64,000 bases of DNA from Octopus sinensis. Lineage: Eukaryota. Shown here in pieces: positions 61,085 through 64,000 of this stretch (its first letter is position 1; the number at the start of each line of letters is the position of its first letter). A program made the position numbers and the translations under genes. The notes beneath the pieces were generated by a model. That model saw nothing but the letters and a program-made list of their open reading frames with translations, ran no database searches and was not told where the DNA came from. Location of the stretch: contig NC_043014.1 in assembly GCF_006345805.1 (NCBI RefSeq), forward strand, positions 20,832,001-20,896,000, in the 5' to 3' direction.

Positions 61085-63115
61085 ATGCCCCGCAGGAGAC
61101 GAATATTAACCACAATGACATACTCTTGTGATATCTGCCACAAAAATTTCACTCAAATGTCCAGTGTTATCCGACACAAACGGATACACTCGGGTGAGAA
61201 ACCATTCCAGTGTGAAATCTGTAAGAAGGCTTTTTCACAGTCGTCAACTCTAGTCAACCATCAACGAACACACTCAGGTTTCAAACCATTTGAATGCAAT
61301 CTTTGTGGACGCAAGTTTTCAAATCACTCAAGCTTATCTCGTCACCATCAAACGCACTCAGATGAAAAACCTTATCCGTGCGATATTTGTAAAAAGTCCT
61401 TTTCTCGTTCAACATACCTTCTGTGCCATATTCGTACCCACACTGGTGAGAAACCTTACAGCTGCTCTGAATGTAACCAGACTTTCTCTCACCTCTCCAG
61501 TCTGGCTCGTCATGGTCGGATCCACTCAGGTGAACGTCCTTATCATTGCGATATCTGTGGTAAAACATTCTCGCAGTCGTCTATCCTTGCCAACCATCGG
61601 CGGATTCACTCCACTGACAAACCATTCACTTGCCAGATCTGTGAGAAGTCATTTTCCAACCGGTCTAGTCTTCAGCGTCATGTCAAAATTCACACGTTAC
61701 AAGACATGCCGTTGTCATCAACATCGGCATCGTCCCCGATTGTCTTCTCTTTATCCAGCCATGATGAACAGTCAGTGACAAAACCAAATGAGGAAACTGC
61801 TGACGATATGAATTTAGACAACAACAACAACAGCTGTGAGGAAATAATTTCTAACAATGATGAGAACCCCATAAGATGTAACTTGTGCTTTGAAGTCTTT
61901 CCACTGGAGACGGATCTATCAAACCATTTAAATGATAAACACCCAGAAGTTGTGATGGCAGAGAAATCTTATGCAGAACCTGGCAATGAAACAAAATCAG
62001 AGAATACTGAAAGCAATGGTCTGGTACCTGTCTTCAATGATACCACTCAGTTGGTTGACAAGTCCATACAAAACCAACAAATTCCACAGCAGATTCCAGA
62101 AACTGTTAAAAAGAAGCGCCAATATGCATGTAACTACTGTCAAAGACTATTTTCTGATCGTTCTAACATGTGCAAGCATCGGAAGAAATGTCAGCTTACT
62201 TTCATTTCAAGCATGGGCTTAGCTTTGATTTCAAACCAACTTCCCTCTGCTCTTGTAGATGGTGGCTTCAATATGCCAATACCACCGCTACCAACTGTAC
62301 AGTGTGAACTTTGCCATAAGTCCTTTGCAAAGCAGTCACATCTGGCTTCTCATATGTATCAGATACACCGTCCTCTTGGTGAAACAGTAAAAAATGACAA
62401 TGCTAATGTTCCAAAAAATACTCGCTATGAATGCAAAATCTGTTTGAAAACTTTCACCCAAGCCTCTAGTCTACAGCGTCATGGTCGTGTTCATTCCGGA
62501 AACAAACCCTATCATTGTAATGTATGTTCCAAAAGTTTCTCACAGTCTTCAATCCTATCAAACCATCTAAGGATCCACTCTGGAGAGAGACCTTACAAAT
62601 GCGATATCTGCTCCAAGAGTTTCTCCAATTCATCGAGTTTGTCTCGTCACATGCAAATACATTCAGGAGAAAAACCATATAAATGCAAAATCTGTTTAAA
62701 ATCTTTCTCTCGCTCCACTTATGTAGCATCTCACCTGCGAGTGCATTCAGGTGAGAGACCTTTCCAATGCAGTATCTGCAATCGTACCTTCTCTCAGTCA
62801 TCCTCTTTAGTCCGACATAAAAGAACCCATAGTGGTGAGAGGCCATTCTTCTGTGAGGAATGTGGTAAATCTTTCTCTCAGTCCTCAGTACTTGTTAACC
62901 ACCGTAAAACTCATTCTAAAGACAGACAGTTCACTTGTAAGACCTGCCTTGAACCGTTCCCTGATAAATCCAGCCTGCTTAAACATTTCAAGGTCCATTG
63001 TAATAACAAAATGAGATCATATCCTTGCAATTACTGTGGTCGTGTGTTCAAACGAGCACCCTATCTCGCTTCACACATGCGAGCTCACACCAAAAAGTCT
63101 ATAGTACCCTCATAA
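61085..63115 (+). CDS. C2H2 zinc-finger protein, 676 aa, 18 fingers (7 + 3 dispersed + 8), single coding exon
   Basis: Uninterrupted ORF; repeated CX2CX12HX3H with SGEKP/TGEKP-type linkers; in-frame TAG at 61067 upstream of the ATG; acceptor at 61024. No KRAB, ZAD or BTB domain was recognised. Confidence 0.97.
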   Translation: MPRRRRILTTMTYSCDICHKNFTQMSSVIRHKRIHSGEKPFQCEICKKAFSQSSTLVNHQRTHSGFKPFECNLCGRKFSNHSSLSRHHQTHSDEKPYPCDICKKSFSRSTYLLCHIRTHTGEKPYSCSECNQTFSHLSSLARHGRIHSGERPYHCDICGKTFSQSSILANHRRIHSTDKPFTCQICEKSFSNRSSLQRHVKIHTLQDMPLSSTSASSPIVFSLSSHDEQSVTKPNEETADDMNLDNNNNSCEEIISNNDENPIRCNLCFEVFPLETDLSNHLNDKHPEVVMAEKSYAEPGNETKSENTESNGLVPVFNDTTQLVDKSIQNQQIPQQIPETVKKKRQYACNYCQRLFSDRSNMCKHRKKCQLTFISSMGLALISNQLPSALVDGGFNMPIPPLPTVQCELCHKSFAKQSHLASHMYQIHRPLGETVKNDNANVPKNTRYECKICLKTFTQASSLQRHGRVHSGNKPYHCNVCSKSFSQSSILSNHLRIHSGERPYKCDICSKSFSNSSSLSRHMQIHSGEKPYKCKICLKSFSRSTYVASHLRVHSGERPFQCSICNRTFSQSSSLVRHKRTHSGERPFFCEECGKSFSQSSVLVNHRKTHSKDRQFTCKTCLEPFPDKSSLLKHFKVHCNNKMRSYPCNYCGRVFKRAPYLASHMRAHTKKSIVPS

Positions 63116-63934
63116 TTATTTGGAAAACTTCAATATAGGAGTTCTCAATTGTGTTTTTGTGTTTTCTTTTTTAAGCAATCAAAATATCCTTGCCAAAACC
63201 ATGCTAAGTATGGAAAATATTTTTTGCTATCATCACCATTTCAAGACAGTGGACACCTCTCACTCTCTTGTTTTTCTATATTCTAGCTTGAATATTAAAG
63301 AGAGAAAGATAGTCTCCTGTTTTTGTCCTACAAGATCTAATTACAGTTAAAGGGTGGCTTGCTTGCAATTAACAGATGTTATTGTGCTAGGAATATGACA
63401 TGAGTAAATCCAAACATGCAATCTTTCAGCAGTACAACCATGCTTTTAAAAATGATAATACAAATACTAATATTTCCAACATAGACACAAGGCCACAGCT
63501 TTGTGAAGGAGGGTATAAGCATTTTAATCAACAACGGTACTTGTCCCATGTTTGGCAAGGTCATGAAATTTTAAGGGAAGATGGTAGAGTTCTTATTTTA
63601 TCAATCCTGCAGATATGAAACTAATATTTTTATTATGATCAAAATTATTATTATTTGGCAAATATATAAACACTTGTCCGTCTCTCTCTCTCTCCCTCTC
63701 CCATTTAACAATAGCAAAATTGCTAAGTAAACCATCCAACCATGGGACAGTATAGGAAAAAAACAAAAGAAAAGGGAAACACAGTTACTCCACAAATTCT
63801 TGCAAATATTTGTATTAGCAAACCATGTCAACACAATATTCTAAGCAAAAATGATTATTTGCAGGCCTTTGCTTCTTTTTCCTTTGGCTTATTTCTACAT
63901 GGTTTGACTGAAAGACATTTAGTCTCTTTCATTT

Positions 63935-63944
63935 ATATATATAT

Positions 63945-63990
<46 letters not shown>

Positions 63991-64000
63991 CATATATCTA
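63935..64000. repeat. (TA)n microsatellite
   Basis: Direct inspection. Confidence 0.95.

Noticed and set aside
61281-63014. Alternative-frame and antisense ORFs within the ZNF CDS
   Set aside because: Expected shadows of a long coding sequence.

Overview
Repeat-dense, AT-rich eukaryotic DNA. The SINE families, microsatellite load and intronless multi-finger C2H2 gene point to a coleoid cephalopod, probably Octopus (inference from recognised repeat families, not a database hit). There is one clear protein-coding gene: a 676-aa, 18-finger C2H2 zinc-finger CDS in a single coding exon (61085-63115, +). Its fingers follow a repeating 4-finger recognition-helix code. A step drop in CpG at about 38 kb, a splice donor at 37990 and an acceptor at 61024 suggest a ~23-kb 5' intronic region, with a second CpG island and possible alternative first exon near 57.7 kb. 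A second candidate gene is a non-repetitive 187-aa orphan ORF (28017-28580, -) ending in a strong PP2A-B56 LxxIxE motif. Everything else is transposon debris: at least four tRNA-derived SINE families; RTE, CR1, Tx1/L1, R4/Dong and Penelope-like retroelements; mariner, Tigger, hAT, piggyBac and Helitron remnants or MITEs; and several long fold-back structures. The most unusual element is a ~1.67-kb Tx1/L1 derivative (22460-24127, -). Its ORF1 (RRM-like plus CCHC knuckle) is joined in frame to the last ~60 codons of ORF2, with no endonuclease or RT, and it sits inside a (TAA)n array (HAL1-like layout). No rRNA, true tRNA, CRISPR or prokaryotic content was seen. Family assignments come from motifs recognised by eye, and repeat boundaries are approximate unless TSDs or TIRs are quoted.
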